IMG/VR virus record: IMGVR_UViG_3300012931_000017
Location: 33,415 to 97,414 of that record
Source of the DNA: a virus
DNA: 64,000 bases
Strand: one strand, 5' to 3'
Below, piece by piece: positions 49,444 to 58,554 of this stretch. The translations under genes were made by a program, and so were the position numbers. Numbering within the stretch: the stretch's first letter is position 1; every line of letters begins with the position of its first letter. Below the pieces are notes generated by a model. That model had not been told where the DNA came from, did no database searches, and saw only the letters and a program-made list of their open reading frames with translations.

Positions 49444-49527
49444 GGGTGATTCGCATAGTGGTCAAGTGCTCCTGACTGTAGATCAGGCGGCGAAAGCCTT
49501 TCGGTGGTTCAAATCCATCATCACCCA
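49444..49527 (+). tRNA. tRNA-Tyr (GTA), class II with long variable arm
   Basis: Hand-folded. Acceptor GGGTGAT/ATCACCC, D-stem GCAT/GTGC, anticodon stem CCTGA/TCAGG with loop CTGTAGA, 15-nt variable arm, T-arm GGTGG-TTCAAAT-CCATC. Confidence 0.8.
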
Positions 49528-49539
49528 TTTTTATTTTAA

Positions 49540-49603
49540 TGACTTGTATTTCAATTGGTAGAACCCAGAGATGTAGTTGTAGGTTCAAATCCTTCCAAGT
49601 CAG
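49540..49603 (+). pseudogene. degenerate tRNA-like element (64 nt): acceptor, D-arm and T-arm present, anticodon arm truncated
   Basis: Acceptor TGACTTG/CAAGTCA, D-arm TTTC-AATTGGTA-GAAC, T-arm GTAGG-TTCAAAT-CCTTC, but only about 13 nt where the anticodon arm plus variable region (about 22 nt) should be. Confidence 0.45.
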
Positions 49604-49612
49604 TTTTCTTAT

Positions 49613-49685
49613 TGCAGGGTTGAGAAAGGGATTCTCACAAGCCTCATAAGCTTGGATATGAAGTTTCAAATCCTTCCTCTGCAAG
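49613..49685 (+). tRNA. tRNA-Met/fMet/Ile2 (CAT)
   Basis: Acceptor TGCAGGG/CTCTGCA, D-arm GAGA-AAGGGAT-TCTC, anticodon arm CAAGC-CTCATAA-GCTTG, T-arm GAAGT-TTCAAAT-CCTTC (one mismatch). Confidence 0.7.
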
Positions 49686-49699
49686 TTTTTATTTTTACT

Positions 49700-49734
49700 T
49701 TCCTCTTGACAAACACCTTTCCAACAATTATATT
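49700..49734 (+). repeat. 35-bp direct repeat, copy 1 (TTCCTCTTGACAAACACCTTTCCAACAATTATATT)
   Basis: Identical copy at 50323-50357; flanks the HNH gene. Confidence 0.9.
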
Positions 49735-49771
49735 TTATTATTACTTCAAATAAAGAAGGATTAAATATAAA

Positions 49772-50368
49772 ATGTATCATATTATTTTGAATGAGTCGAG
49801 TCAAGCTTTATCTAATTCTCTTACTTGGGTTGATAGATTATCCGAAGATGTAAAAATCTTTGTTAGAGGTAAAGGACATTCGGCAGAATCTTTCAAAGAT
49901 AAAATTATAAACTGTGGATTCAAAACTAAATTGAAAGTTATAAATGTTCATCCTTATTTTAAAAATAAAAGATTTTCGATTGAAGATTTCGTTTATATTT
50001 TATCCTCAAATGAAGTAATTTACCAATTTGAAAAAAATAACAAAAAATATTCGGTTAATTTAGAATCTGATAGATATAAGAATTTTATGACTAATGGATT
50101 TTCTTGTAAATATTGTGGTTTTCAAGGAACTCATTTTTGGGCAGAATCTAATGTTCTAAATGATAGTAAGCTTCATTTTAATCTTTATGGATTAACAAAA
50201 AATAATAACGAAATGATGTTGACCAAAGATCATATTATTCCTAAATCTGCTGGTGGTTTGGATGTAGTTGAAAATTTTCAAGTTCTTTGTGAACATTGTA
50301 ATAGTAGCAAAGGTTCTATGATTCCTCTTGACAAACACCTTTCCAACAATTATATTAATAATAATTAA
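49772..50368 (+). CDS. HNH homing endonuclease
   Basis: 'CKYCGFQG...HIIPKSAGGLDVVENFQVLCEHCNSSKG' HNH motif. The C-terminal 12 codons read through the second repeat copy. Confidence 0.75.
   Translation: MYHIILNESSQALSNSLTWVDRLSEDVKIFVRGKGHSAESFKDKIINCGFKTKLKVINVHPYFKNKRFSIEDFVYILSSNEVIYQFEKNNKKYSVNLESDRYKNFMTNGFSCKYCGFQGTHFWAESNVLNDSKLHFNLYGLTKNNNEMMLTKDHIIPKSAGGLDVVENFQVLCEHCNSSKGSMIPLDKHLSNNYINNN
50323..50357 (+). repeat. 35-bp direct repeat, copy 2
   Basis: See 49700..49734. Confidence 0.9.
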
Positions 50369-50381
50369 AGAAAGAAAAGAT

Positions 50382-51242
50382 ATGCTTCAAACTAAAGATG
50401 AACAAATAATAAAATCTGGAATTGGTATAATTGTTGGTAGATTTCAGGTTTCTAGTTTACATCCTGGTCATGTAGATCTTATAGATTCGGTAAGATTTAG
50501 ACATAATAAAGTTATTATAGTTTTAGGATCTTCTCCTCTGAAAGCAACCAAAAATAATCCGTTAGACTACACTTCAAGAAAATCAATGATAAATGAGAAA
50601 TATCCTGATATTTTAGTTTTGAATATCAAAGATAATGAATCTGATATAATTTGGTCTAAAAATTTAGATGAACTAATTACAGACTTCATTCCTCCTGAAT
50701 GTAATGTAGTAATTTATGGAAGTAGAGACTGTTTTGCTAAATTTTATTTTGGTAAGTTTCCTGTTAAAGAGTTAATTCCTGAACAGATTAATTCAGGTAC
50801 AGAACTAAGAATAAAAGATTCCTTCAACACTAAAGATTCAGAAGATTTTCGCTGTGGAGTTATATGGACTACACAAAATCAATCAATTACTAATAATGTC
50901 AAAATTTTAGCTATTATTAAAAAAGATGATTGCATATTGACATTTAATGATGATAATCGTAGTTTTATTAACTGCGATTTAGATTTTACCATAAGTTCTA
51001 ATATTTTTGAAAATTCAATAAAAGCTTTTGCAATAAGACATAATATTAATGTTGGTGAAATAACTTATTCAACTACTATTATTAATGATGATTGGATGCT
51101 TAGAAAAGAACCTAATAAAAATATATTGGTAGTTTTTACTTGTAAATATCTTGATGGAAATATTGATAAAGAACTTAATTGGACTACTATAGATGAATTA
51201 AACGATTGTAATAAACTCTTTTTGAAAGGTTATTTAAAATGA
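50382..51242 (+). CDS. natV: nicotinamide-nucleotide adenylyltransferase-like (NatV-type) with a C-terminal Nudix-like domain
   Basis: 'IGIIVGRFQVSSLHPGH' (H/T)xGH nucleotidyltransferase motif. I placed the start at the ATG at 50382 (after the repeat). It sits upstream of nadV, as in KVP40-type phages. Confidence 0.55.
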   Translation: MLQTKDEQIIKSGIGIIVGRFQVSSLHPGHVDLIDSVRFRHNKVIIVLGSSPLKATKNNPLDYTSRKSMINEKYPDILVLNIKDNESDIIWSKNLDELITDFIPPECNVVIYGSRDCFAKFYFGKFPVKELIPEQINSGTELRIKDSFNTKDSEDFRCGVIWTTQNQSITNNVKILAIIKKDDCILTFNDDNRSFINCDLDFTISSNIFENSIKAFAIRHNINVGEITYSTTIINDDWMLRKEPNKNILVVFTCKYLDGNIDKELNWTTIDELNDCNKLFLKGYLK

Positions 51243-52624
51243 ATAACATTGTTGGATTAACTGATAGTTATAAGATTGGTCATCATAACATGTATCCAGA
51301 AGGAACTCAAAAAGTGTATTCTTATTTTGAAGCTAGAAATGGTGCAAAATATGATGAAACTACATTTTTTGGATTGCAATATTTACTTAAAAAATATTTT
51401 TGTGGTAAAGTTGTAACTAAAGAGAAGATTGATGAAATTGAAGAATTTTCTAAATTTCATTTTAATAATGATCAAATCTTTAAAAGAGAACGTTGGGATT
51501 ATATTCTCAATGAACATGATGGTTATTTACCATTAAAAATTAAAGCAATTCCTGAAGGTTTATCTATTCCAATTAATAATGTTATGATGACGGTAGAAAA
51601 TACAGATAATAAGTGTCATTGGTTGACTAATCATTGTGAAACTATTCTAACCCATGTTTGGTACGGAAGTAATGTCGCAACTATTAGTAGATTTACCAAA
51701 AAATTGTTTATAGAATATCTTGAAAGAACTAGTGATTTTGGTAAAGATTTCCCTGGTTTAAATTTTATGTTGCATGATTTTGGATTTAGAGGGGTTAGTA
51801 GTTCTGAAAGTGCTGCGATGGGAGGTTCTGGTCATTTGATTAATTTTTATGGAACCGATACAATTATTGCTCCATTTATGATTAAAAATTATTATAATAA
51901 TGGTAAATTTCCAAATGCGTTTTCTGTTCCGGCTACAGAACATTCTATTATGACTTCATTAGGTAAAAATGGAGAAATTGAAGTTATTAAAAACTTAATT
52001 GAAAAATATAATACTGGAATTTTATCTGTAGTTTCTGATAGTTATGATATTTTTAATTGTGTTGAGAATATCTATGGAAAAGAACTAAAAGATTCTATTC
52101 TCAATAGAAATGGTAAATTTGTTGTAAGACCTGATAGTGGTGATCCTGTCAAAACCATCGAAACATTACTTAATATTTTATGGAATAAGTTTGGTGGAAC
52201 AATTAATACCAAAGGTTATAAAGTTCTAAATCCTAAAGTTGGTTTGATTTGGGGTGATGGAATTAACTATGATGGAATATCTTCAGTTTTACACAATATG
52301 GAATTGAATAAATTCTCTGTTGAAAATATAGTTTTTGGTATGGGCGGAGGATTATTGCAAAAACATAATAGAGACACTCAAAGATTTGCATTCAAGTCTT
52401 CTAGTCAGTTTAGAAATAATGTCTGGCAAGATATTTTCAAAGATCCTATTGATTCTACCAAAGTTTCTAAAAAAGGTAGACTAAAATTGATTAAAGAAAA
52501 TAATCAATTTAAAACGGTTCATATTGATGATTCTGGTGATGATATTATGAATGTAGTCTTTGAAAATGGTATTATAAAAAATGAAATTGATTGGTCGTCT
52601 ATTGTTAATAATTCGGCTATTTAA
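51239..52624 (+). CDS. nadV: nicotinamide phosphoribosyltransferase (NAMPT/NadV)
   Basis: 'LTDSYKIGHH', 'GFRGVSS', 'GTDT', 'GDGI' blocks of the NAMPT family; 461 aa. Confidence 0.85.
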   Translation: MNNIVGLTDSYKIGHHNMYPEGTQKVYSYFEARNGAKYDETTFFGLQYLLKKYFCGKVVTKEKIDEIEEFSKFHFNNDQIFKRERWDYILNEHDGYLPLKIKAIPEGLSIPINNVMMTVENTDNKCHWLTNHCETILTHVWYGSNVATISRFTKKLFIEYLERTSDFGKDFPGLNFMLHDFGFRGVSSSESAAMGGSGHLINFYGTDTIIAPFMIKNYYNNGKFPNAFSVPATEHSIMTSLGKNGEIEVIKNLIEKYNTGILSVVSDSYDIFNCVENIYGKELKDSILNRNGKFVVRPDSGDPVKTIETLLNILWNKFGGTINTKGYKVLNPKVGLIWGDGINYDGISSVLHNMELNKFSVENIVFGMGGGLLQKHNRDTQRFAFKSSSQFRNNVWQDIFKDPIDSTKVSKKGRLKLIKENNQFKTVHIDDSGDDIMNVVFENGIIKNEIDWSSIVNNSAI

Positions 52625-52644
52625 TTAAACGGAAAGATTTTAAA

Positions 52645-52971
52645 ATGTCTAATTCTAAAGATGATTTAAGTAAATTAATGACTCCTTGTGAAGTTTTCTT
52701 TGATAGTATTGAACTAGAAGAGTTGAATAATTTTATTAAACTCTTTCTTAATTATAAAGATTTAGACCTATTATCAAAAGAACGAGTTGACAATAGAATT
52801 AAATTCCAACAGGCTTTCGATTATCATCCACAAACACCTTATTGGACTCATTCTTTAGAAGAAATAACCGATGCATTATTATTAGTTTCAACTAAAAAGT
52901 TAAGTTTATTAGTTGAACAAAAGATGCATAAAACTCTCAATAAACTAAACAAATCTTTGAATAAAATTTGA
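52645..52971 (+). CDS. hypothetical protein (108 aa)
   Basis: ORF track. Confidence 0.3.
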   Translation: MSNSKDDLSKLMTPCEVFFDSIELEELNNFIKLFLNYKDLDLLSKERVDNRIKFQQAFDYHPQTPYWTHSLEEITDALLLVSTKKLSLLVEQKMHKTLNKLNKSLNKI

Positions 52972-53011
52972 AGTAGTAATGATTAAGAAAAGAAATTAAT
53001 ATAAATTTGTT

Positions 53012-53359
53012 ATGCTAATAGAAAGGTTTAAATTAAAAATGTCTGATAATAAAATATATTGCAAGAATTGTAAATATTACAAGTTTATTAAATCTGAAAC
53101 TATTGTATCACCCAATTTTGTTGATCCTACTCCTCCAACAAATATACCAACCTGTGTTGGTGATTACCATTATTATTGGGGTTCATCTATGTGCACTCAT
53201 GATATTTGTTTTGTAAAAATAACAGAAGAAAAACCAGAAAAATCATACGTACACGTAGAAAGAATAAATGGTCAAGGCCAACTTAATTGGAATAATTCTT
53301 GCAAATTATATAAACCTAATTGGTTTACTATTTTAAAAGATTGGTTTAATAAACTATGA
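53012..53359 (+). CDS. hypothetical Cys-rich protein (115 aa)
   Basis: 'CKNCKYY...CVGD...CTHDIC'. Confidence 0.3.
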   Translation: MLIERFKLKMSDNKIYCKNCKYYKFIKSETIVSPNFVDPTPPTNIPTCVGDYHYYWGSSMCTHDICFVKITEEKPEKSYVHVERINGQGQLNWNNSCKLYKPNWFTILKDWFNKL

Positions 53360-54315
53360 TTTACACTAATTTATTGGCTGAAAAAAGATTTGAATCTCAC
53401 GAACAATGGATTAAAGATAACTTGCTATTTGAAGCTATTATGGGTTCTAATGCTTATGGTTGTAATACGGCAGAATCTGATATTGATATAGTTGCTATAG
53501 TTATGCCGAAAGATGAAGTAATAAATCCTCAAAAATATGGTTATATTAGTGGATTTGAAACAGTTCCTAATTTTGAATCTAAAGAAGTAAAAGGTGAAGG
53601 AAAAAAACTAGTTCTTGATAATGGAAAAGATATTGAAGGTGAATTTGTTAGTTTAATTAGATTTTTCTTTTTAGCGGGAATTAAAGGTTCTCCAAATTTG
53701 ATAGAAACTCTTTTTGTTCGAGATAATTTAATCACTTTTAATTCTAAAATTGGCGGAATGTTAAGAGATAATAGAAAAAAGTTTCTTAGTCTCAGGACAT
53801 TTAATTCTATGAAGGGTTATACTTGGAATCAAATAGAAAGAATTAGACGTGGAGTTTTATCAGGGAAAACTGATAATTCAAAAAGGCAAGCTATGTTTGA
53901 TAAAACGGGATTTGATTGCAAAATGGCTGGCCATTGCCTTAGATTATTGGATAATCTAAACCAACTACTTGATTATGGAAACATAGATCTTATGAATAAT
54001 AAAGAAGAAGTAAAAAACATGAGAAATGGAACCTGGGGAGATTTTAATAAATTTGTAACTATAACTACTGAAAGATTAGAAGCTATAGAAAGAAAAGCCT
54101 TAACTCAAAATGCTTTAAGTATATCACCACAAAGTGGATCATTAAAGATTCTTCTTCGAGATTGCATTGAAGAATTTTATGGTAGTGATAGCAATGCACA
54201 AAAGTTTCAGACTGAATATGTTTCTGCTAAAATGGTTTATGAAAAATTGGATGAAATTAGCTCTTTGCTTGGTAAAACTCAAACCTTTATCAATTTAAAC
54301 TCAAGAAGAGGCTAA
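53356..54315 (+). CDS. Pol-beta-superfamily nucleotidyltransferase (cGAS/DncV-like or PAP/OAS-like) with a helical C-terminal domain
   Basis: 'AIMGSNAYGCNTAESDIDIVAIV' GS-x10-DxD motif; about 200-aa helical domain downstream. Confidence 0.5.
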   Translation: MIYTNLLAEKRFESHEQWIKDNLLFEAIMGSNAYGCNTAESDIDIVAIVMPKDEVINPQKYGYISGFETVPNFESKEVKGEGKKLVLDNGKDIEGEFVSLIRFFFLAGIKGSPNLIETLFVRDNLITFNSKIGGMLRDNRKKFLSLRTFNSMKGYTWNQIERIRRGVLSGKTDNSKRQAMFDKTGFDCKMAGHCLRLLDNLNQLLDYGNIDLMNNKEEVKNMRNGTWGDFNKFVTITTERLEAIERKALTQNALSISPQSGSLKILLRDCIEEFYGSDSNAQKFQTEYVSAKMVYEKLDEISSLLGKTQTFINLNSRRG

Positions 54316-54387
54316 AATTTTAGAACTAATTTGATTTTGATAAATAATTAGATGGTTTAGAATTAAAAACTTAATAAGGTTGTACAA

Positions 54388-54642
54388 ATGCAACTAATAA
54401 CAAGTGCTGGTTCATTTTCTTTAAATAAGTTTATGAAATGTCAAGTTGCAAAAATAGTTAAAGATGAAGATGATTCTGATGATTATTCCGATGATTTTGT
54501 ATTCAATTGGATAAACAAAAATAGTTCAGAGTTTAGACAAAAATGGAATAAATCATTATGCAAATCTTGTAAATATAGTGATGAGTGTGGTTGGTCAGTA
54601 GTACAAAATTGTATCAAATATAAAGAAGAGGAATTTCTTTGA
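54388..54642 (+). CDS. hypothetical small Cys-rich protein (84 aa)
   Basis: 'CKSCKYSDECGW'. Confidence 0.25.
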   Translation: MQLITSAGSFSLNKFMKCQVAKIVKDEDDSDDYSDDFVFNWINKNSSEFRQKWNKSLCKSCKYSDECGWSVVQNCIKYKEEEFL

Positions 54643-55550
54643 AACGAGTTATAATTCATTCTGGAGGTGGAGTTAAAGGTTATTTAACTCTTCAAACTCT
54701 TGTAAAAATAGAAGCGATGAATGGTCCATTATATAGATATTATGATTTAGGTGTAGCTAGTTCTGTGGGAGCTATTATTTTGGCAATATTAGCAACTGGA
54801 AAACTTTCAGCTAAACAACTTAATGAAATATTTCCCGAAATGATAACAAAGATCTTTAAAAAGGTTCCTTTCTATAAAACCTTATTTATTAAACCAATAT
54901 ATGATAGACAAAACTTTATTGATGTTTGGAATAGTTTAATCGGTAAAGATTTTAAAATGAAAGATTGTAAGTTTAAATTAATAATTTCTGCTGTTAATTT
55001 AATGACTCAAAGAAATCATTTCTTTAAGTCTTGGGAAGATAAAGATGGTGAAGAGAACTTATTAGATGTAGTTCTAAGATCATTTGCTGCTCCTTTGTAC
55101 TTTGGAAAATTAATTGATGTAAAAAATAATGCTATTTGGTTAGATGGAGGTGTTGGAAACTCGAATCTTCCTTTAGATACTGCATCTATAGAAGCTATAG
55201 ATCTTTTAAAATGGCATGATTTTTATCTTCAATTTGATGCTTTTGGATGTGGATTTTCTAATAATGATATTTCTTTCAAAGAAGCCTCAAAGTTTCAAAA
55301 TTTAAAGCAAATTTTAAGTTATCTTGATTTTAATGATGGTGGATTGGCTAGAGCCCAGTCTAGACATGAACAAGTTATGAAAATGAAAATAAAAGCCGAA
55401 AATAATAATTATATTGGTTTTGATTATTATGATATTGAAATTCCTACAAAAATTAATAAATTAGATGGTGTAAAATTTCTAGAAGATTATAAGCATTATG
55501 GTGAGTTAATGTTTAACCAACCATTAATTAGAATTAAACCAAGAAAGTAA
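54639..55550 (+). CDS. patatin-like phospholipase
   Basis: Oxyanion 'HSGGGVKGY', nucleophile 'GVASSVGA' (AxSxG), catalytic 'DGG' in 'WLDGGVGN'. Confidence 0.75.
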   Translation: MKRVIIHSGGGVKGYLTLQTLVKIEAMNGPLYRYYDLGVASSVGAIILAILATGKLSAKQLNEIFPEMITKIFKKVPFYKTLFIKPIYDRQNFIDVWNSLIGKDFKMKDCKFKLIISAVNLMTQRNHFFKSWEDKDGEENLLDVVLRSFAAPLYFGKLIDVKNNAIWLDGGVGNSNLPLDTASIEAIDLLKWHDFYLQFDAFGCGFSNNDISFKEASKFQNLKQILSYLDFNDGGLARAQSRHEQVMKMKIKAENNNYIGFDYYDIEIPTKINKLDGVKFLEDYKHYGELMFNQPLIRIKPRK

Positions 55551-55558
55551 TAATTCTC

Positions 55559-55900
55559 ATGTTAATAAATAGAGTTGTAAAAATTAGAGATGTTAAAAGT
55601 ATAAAATGTAAATTTCCTGGTTGTGATAAAACAATTGAAACAAATGGTTATGCTGCTAAATTCTGCAAAGAACATAAAAAAGTTAAATACAGAGAAATTA
55701 AAGAAAAGGTAGTTGATAATAATAATCAAGTAATAGAACATAATTATAAAATAACTACAAAAATGATGATTAAATGCCAATTAGAAGGTTGTAATAATGA
55801 GTTTGAAATAACTATCTCTCCAAGAACCTTTATCTTTCCAAAATTCTGCGAAAATCATAGATCCGAATATAAAAGAAAAATGTTTAATAAAAATTGTTGA
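55559..55900 (+). CDS. tandem zinc-ribbon protein (113 aa)
   Basis: Two repeats of C-x4-C-x13-C-x2-H ('CKFPGCDK...FCKEH', 'CQLEGCNN...FCENH'). Confidence 0.3.
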   Translation: MLINRVVKIRDVKSIKCKFPGCDKTIETNGYAAKFCKEHKKVKYREIKEKVVDNNNQVIEHNYKITTKMMIKCQLEGCNNEFEITISPRTFIFPKFCENHRSEYKRKMFNKNC

Positions 55901-55930
55901 CAATTATATTGTAATTTATTATTTTAAAGT
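55897..55930 (+). promoter_or_regulatory. conserved early-type promoter element upstream of the MVP-like gene
   Basis: TTGACAATTATATTGTAATTTATTATTTTAAAG; no TATAAATA late box. Confidence 0.55.
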
Positions 55931-55972
55931 AGTAAAGAATAATTATTATTACTAAACGAAAGGTTTCTATTT

Positions 55973-58510
55973 ATGGCTGATGTTAGAGAAAATGATTTGG
56001 TTTTAGCTCAGAATGAATACGCTTTTGTTAGGAATACCAATGATGGAACTATTATAACCCATGTTGGCCCTACCAAAGCTACTCTTACTGGAACAGATCA
56101 ACCAATGAAGTTTGATGAAAAGACTTCACAATTTGTATGTTGTTCAACTAAAGAATGCATAAAACAAATGATTTATGCTGATGAGCGTTCTTATGTAGTT
56201 CTTCAAAATCCTTATTATAAGAATATTGGAGATCAATTAACAGTTTCATTTCCGGCAGGAAATACTTCCAATACACCCGTTAAATTGGAACAAGGTAAAT
56301 CAATTAATATTCAAGGCCCATGTTCATTTCCTTTGTGGCCTGGTCAGGTTGCTAAAACTATTCCTGGTCATCAATTAAGAACAAACCAGTACCTTTTGGT
56401 TCAAGTAGTTAATGCTGAAGAAGCAAAAAAGAATTGGGAAAAATCAACAATTGAAACTGTTGAAACAAAGAAGAATGAAGCAAAGAGTAAAACACAAACA
56501 GAATTTAAGTTTGTTACTGGTAGATTGAATATTATTAGAGGAAACGAAATTTCTTTTTATATTCCACCAACTGGAGTTGAAGTTGTTTATGATCATGAAT
56601 CAAATTCATATCAAAGAGATGCTTTAACTCTCGAAACTCTATTTTATTGTATTTTGAAAGATGAATCGGGTGATAAAGAATATGTAAAAGGCCCTGCTGT
56701 GGTGTTTCCAAAACCAACACAAACTTTTGTAACTACAGGTAAATCTTCAGAAAATAAGAAATTTAAGTCTTTAGAGCTTAACAAAGACATGGGTGTTTAT
56801 ATTAAAGTTATCTGTTCTTATGAAGATCCAAATGGTCATGAGTTTGTTAATGTTGAAGGAAAGAAAGTTGTTGGATATGAAGCAGGAGAAGAGTTATTCA
56901 TAACTGGCGAACAACAAAAGATTTATTTTCCAAGACCCGAACATGCTATTATTAAGTATGATAATCAGGTTATACATTATGCTATTGTTATTCCTGAAGG
57001 TGAAGCCCGTTATGTTCTTAATAGAACTACAGGAACCATTGATACAATTAAAGGCCCTATAATGTATCTTCCTGATCCTAGATTCACAACTATTGTTAAA
57101 AGAGTTCTTGATACTAAAACAGCGGAACTTTGGTTTCCGGGAAATACTGAAGTTCGTGATCATAATTTAGCCGCAGCTAATGAGAATAAAAATGAATTGG
57201 GGTTTATTGAAACAGATCGTTCAGCAAAAGCAACTAGAAATTCTGTTGCTGGAGATTATTCAATGTCTACACTTAAATTCTTTGATTCTCCAAATGGTGG
57301 TTTAGAAGATTTTGCTCTTCTTCAAGATGCAATGTCAAGAAAATCAACATTTACACCTCCAAGATCTATTAAGATTAATACCAAATATGATGGTGCGGTA
57401 TTAATTAATGTGTGGCCTGGTTATGCTATTCAATTAGTTTCTCGTTCTGGTCAAAGATCTGTTATTTGTGGTCCAAAAGCTGTAATACTTGATTATAATC
57501 AGACTTTAGAAGTTCTTACTATTTCTGCGGGAAATCCTAAAGGAAGTAAAGCTCCTGTTCAAACTACTTATTTGAATATCAAAAATAATAAAGTAAGTGA
57601 TATAATTGATGCGGAAACTAAAGATCTAGTTCCTGTAAAATTATCCGTTTCTTATAAGGTTAATTTTGAAGATAAAGATTGTGATAAATGGTTTAACATT
57701 CAAGACTATACTAAATTCCTTACTGAGCATTTGAGAAGTGTAATTAGAAATTCAGTTAAGAAATTTGGAATTGAAGAGTTTTATGCTAAATCTATTGATA
57801 TTATTCGCGACACTATTCTTGGTGAAAAAGTAAAAGATAAAGAAAGAACTGGTAAATATTTCTCTGAAAATGGAATGAGAGTTTATGATATTGAAATTTT
57901 GAATGTTTCAATTAATAATCCAGAAATTTCTAAACTTCTTATTAATGCTCAACACCATGCGGTTGAATGTACTTTAACAGTAACTCGTGAAGAAGCTGAT
58001 CTATTTGTAGTTAAACGTCTTGAAACTGTTAAACAGAATAAATTGGATATTATTGAGCAAACCAAAGATAAAATGTTAGCTATTGAACTTAAGAATTTCG
58101 AGAATTCAAAAACTGTCGAAAAAATTAAAGCAGAAATAGAAGAATCGAAGGTTGAGTTTAAAGATAAACTTGCTCAAATAGAGTTTGAAAGAAATAAATT
58201 ACAAGATTCTCAAGAAATATTTAAGATCGGTGAGAAAACTAAAATTGCTACTGAAGCACATGAAAAGAGAATGGCTGCTATTAGTGAAAAATTGATTGCG
58301 GCTATTAATAATCTTGGTGATAAACAGTTGGCTATGGCGTTTGCTGAAAATCTTCCTAAAGCAACTGGAACTAATGGTTATCTATTTGGTACTGGTGGTA
58401 ATGAAGGTTTGCTAAAATTAATTACTGGTAATGAGTTGCTTGAAAGTAAAATCAAACAACATGTTGGTAAAACTATTACCCGTGATGGTGAAGGTCTTAT
58501 CAACGAATAA
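55973..58510 (+). CDS. major vault protein (MVP) homologue, full length (845 aa)
   Basis: The N-terminal repeats match MVP repeat 1-2: 'NEYAFVRNTNDGTIITHVGPTKATLTGTDQPMKF' against human '[33 protein letters not shown]', and 'FPLWPGQV' against 'FPLYPGEV'. More repeats follow ('EELFITGEQQKIYFPRPE' against 'EWLFEGPGTYIPRKE'), then a shoulder-like region and a 130-aa coiled coil (cap-helix) in the same order and at the same length as the 861-893-aa eukaryotic MVP. Confidence 0.65.
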   Translation: MADVRENDLVLAQNEYAFVRNTNDGTIITHVGPTKATLTGTDQPMKFDEKTSQFVCCSTKECIKQMIYADERSYVVLQNPYYKNIGDQLTVSFPAGNTSNTPVKLEQGKSINIQGPCSFPLWPGQVAKTIPGHQLRTNQYLLVQVVNAEEAKKNWEKSTIETVETKKNEAKSKTQTEFKFVTGRLNIIRGNEISFYIPPTGVEVVYDHESNSYQRDALTLETLFYCILKDESGDKEYVKGPAVVFPKPTQTFVTTGKSSENKKFKSLELNKDMGVYIKVICSYEDPNGHEFVNVEGKKVVGYEAGEELFITGEQQKIYFPRPEHAIIKYDNQVIHYAIVIPEGEARYVLNRTTGTIDTIKGPIMYLPDPRFTTIVKRVLDTKTAELWFPGNTEVRDHNLAAANENKNELGFIETDRSAKATRNSVAGDYSMSTLKFFDSPNGGLEDFALLQDAMSRKSTFTPPRSIKINTKYDGAVLINVWPGYAIQLVSRSGQRSVICGPKAVILDYNQTLEVLTISAGNPKGSKAPVQTTYLNIKNNKVSDIIDAETKDLVPVKLSVSYKVNFEDKDCDKWFNIQDYTKFLTEHLRSVIRNSVKKFGIEEFYAKSIDIIRDTILGEKVKDKERTGKYFSENGMRVYDIEILNVSINNPEISKLLINAQHHAVECTLTVTREEADLFVVKRLETVKQNKLDIIEQTKDKMLAIELKNFENSKTVEKIKAEIEESKVEFKDKLAQIEFERNKLQDSQEIFKIGEKTKIATEAHEKRMAAISEKLIAAINNLGDKQLAMAFAENLPKATGTNGYLFGTGGNEGLLKLITGNELLESKIKQHVGKTITRDGEGLINE

Positions 58511-58554
58511 TAAACCGAAGTAATTAATGACTTCTGTTTGTACTTTGTGTAAAA

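Noticed and set aside
49433-49804. 123-aa minus-strand ORF spanning the tRNA cluster
   Set aside because: It overlaps three tRNA structures and the HNH gene start, so it is an artefact of the open frame.
51758-51943. 61-aa minus-strand ORF
   Set aside because: Antisense within nadV.
53541-53735. 64-aa minus-strand ORF
   Set aside because: Antisense within the nucleotidyltransferase gene.
55562-57163. Minus-strand ORFs 55562-55780, 56535-56720 and 56894-57163
   Set aside because: Antisense within the zinc-ribbon gene and the MVP-like gene.
55973-58510. Considered calling this 845-aa ORF the major capsid protein (gp23) or a tail sheath because of its size and strong promoter
   Set aside because: There is no resemblance to gp23 or sheath sequences that I can recognise. 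Instead there are clear MVP repeat, shoulder and cap-helix features, and the promoter is early-type rather than late.
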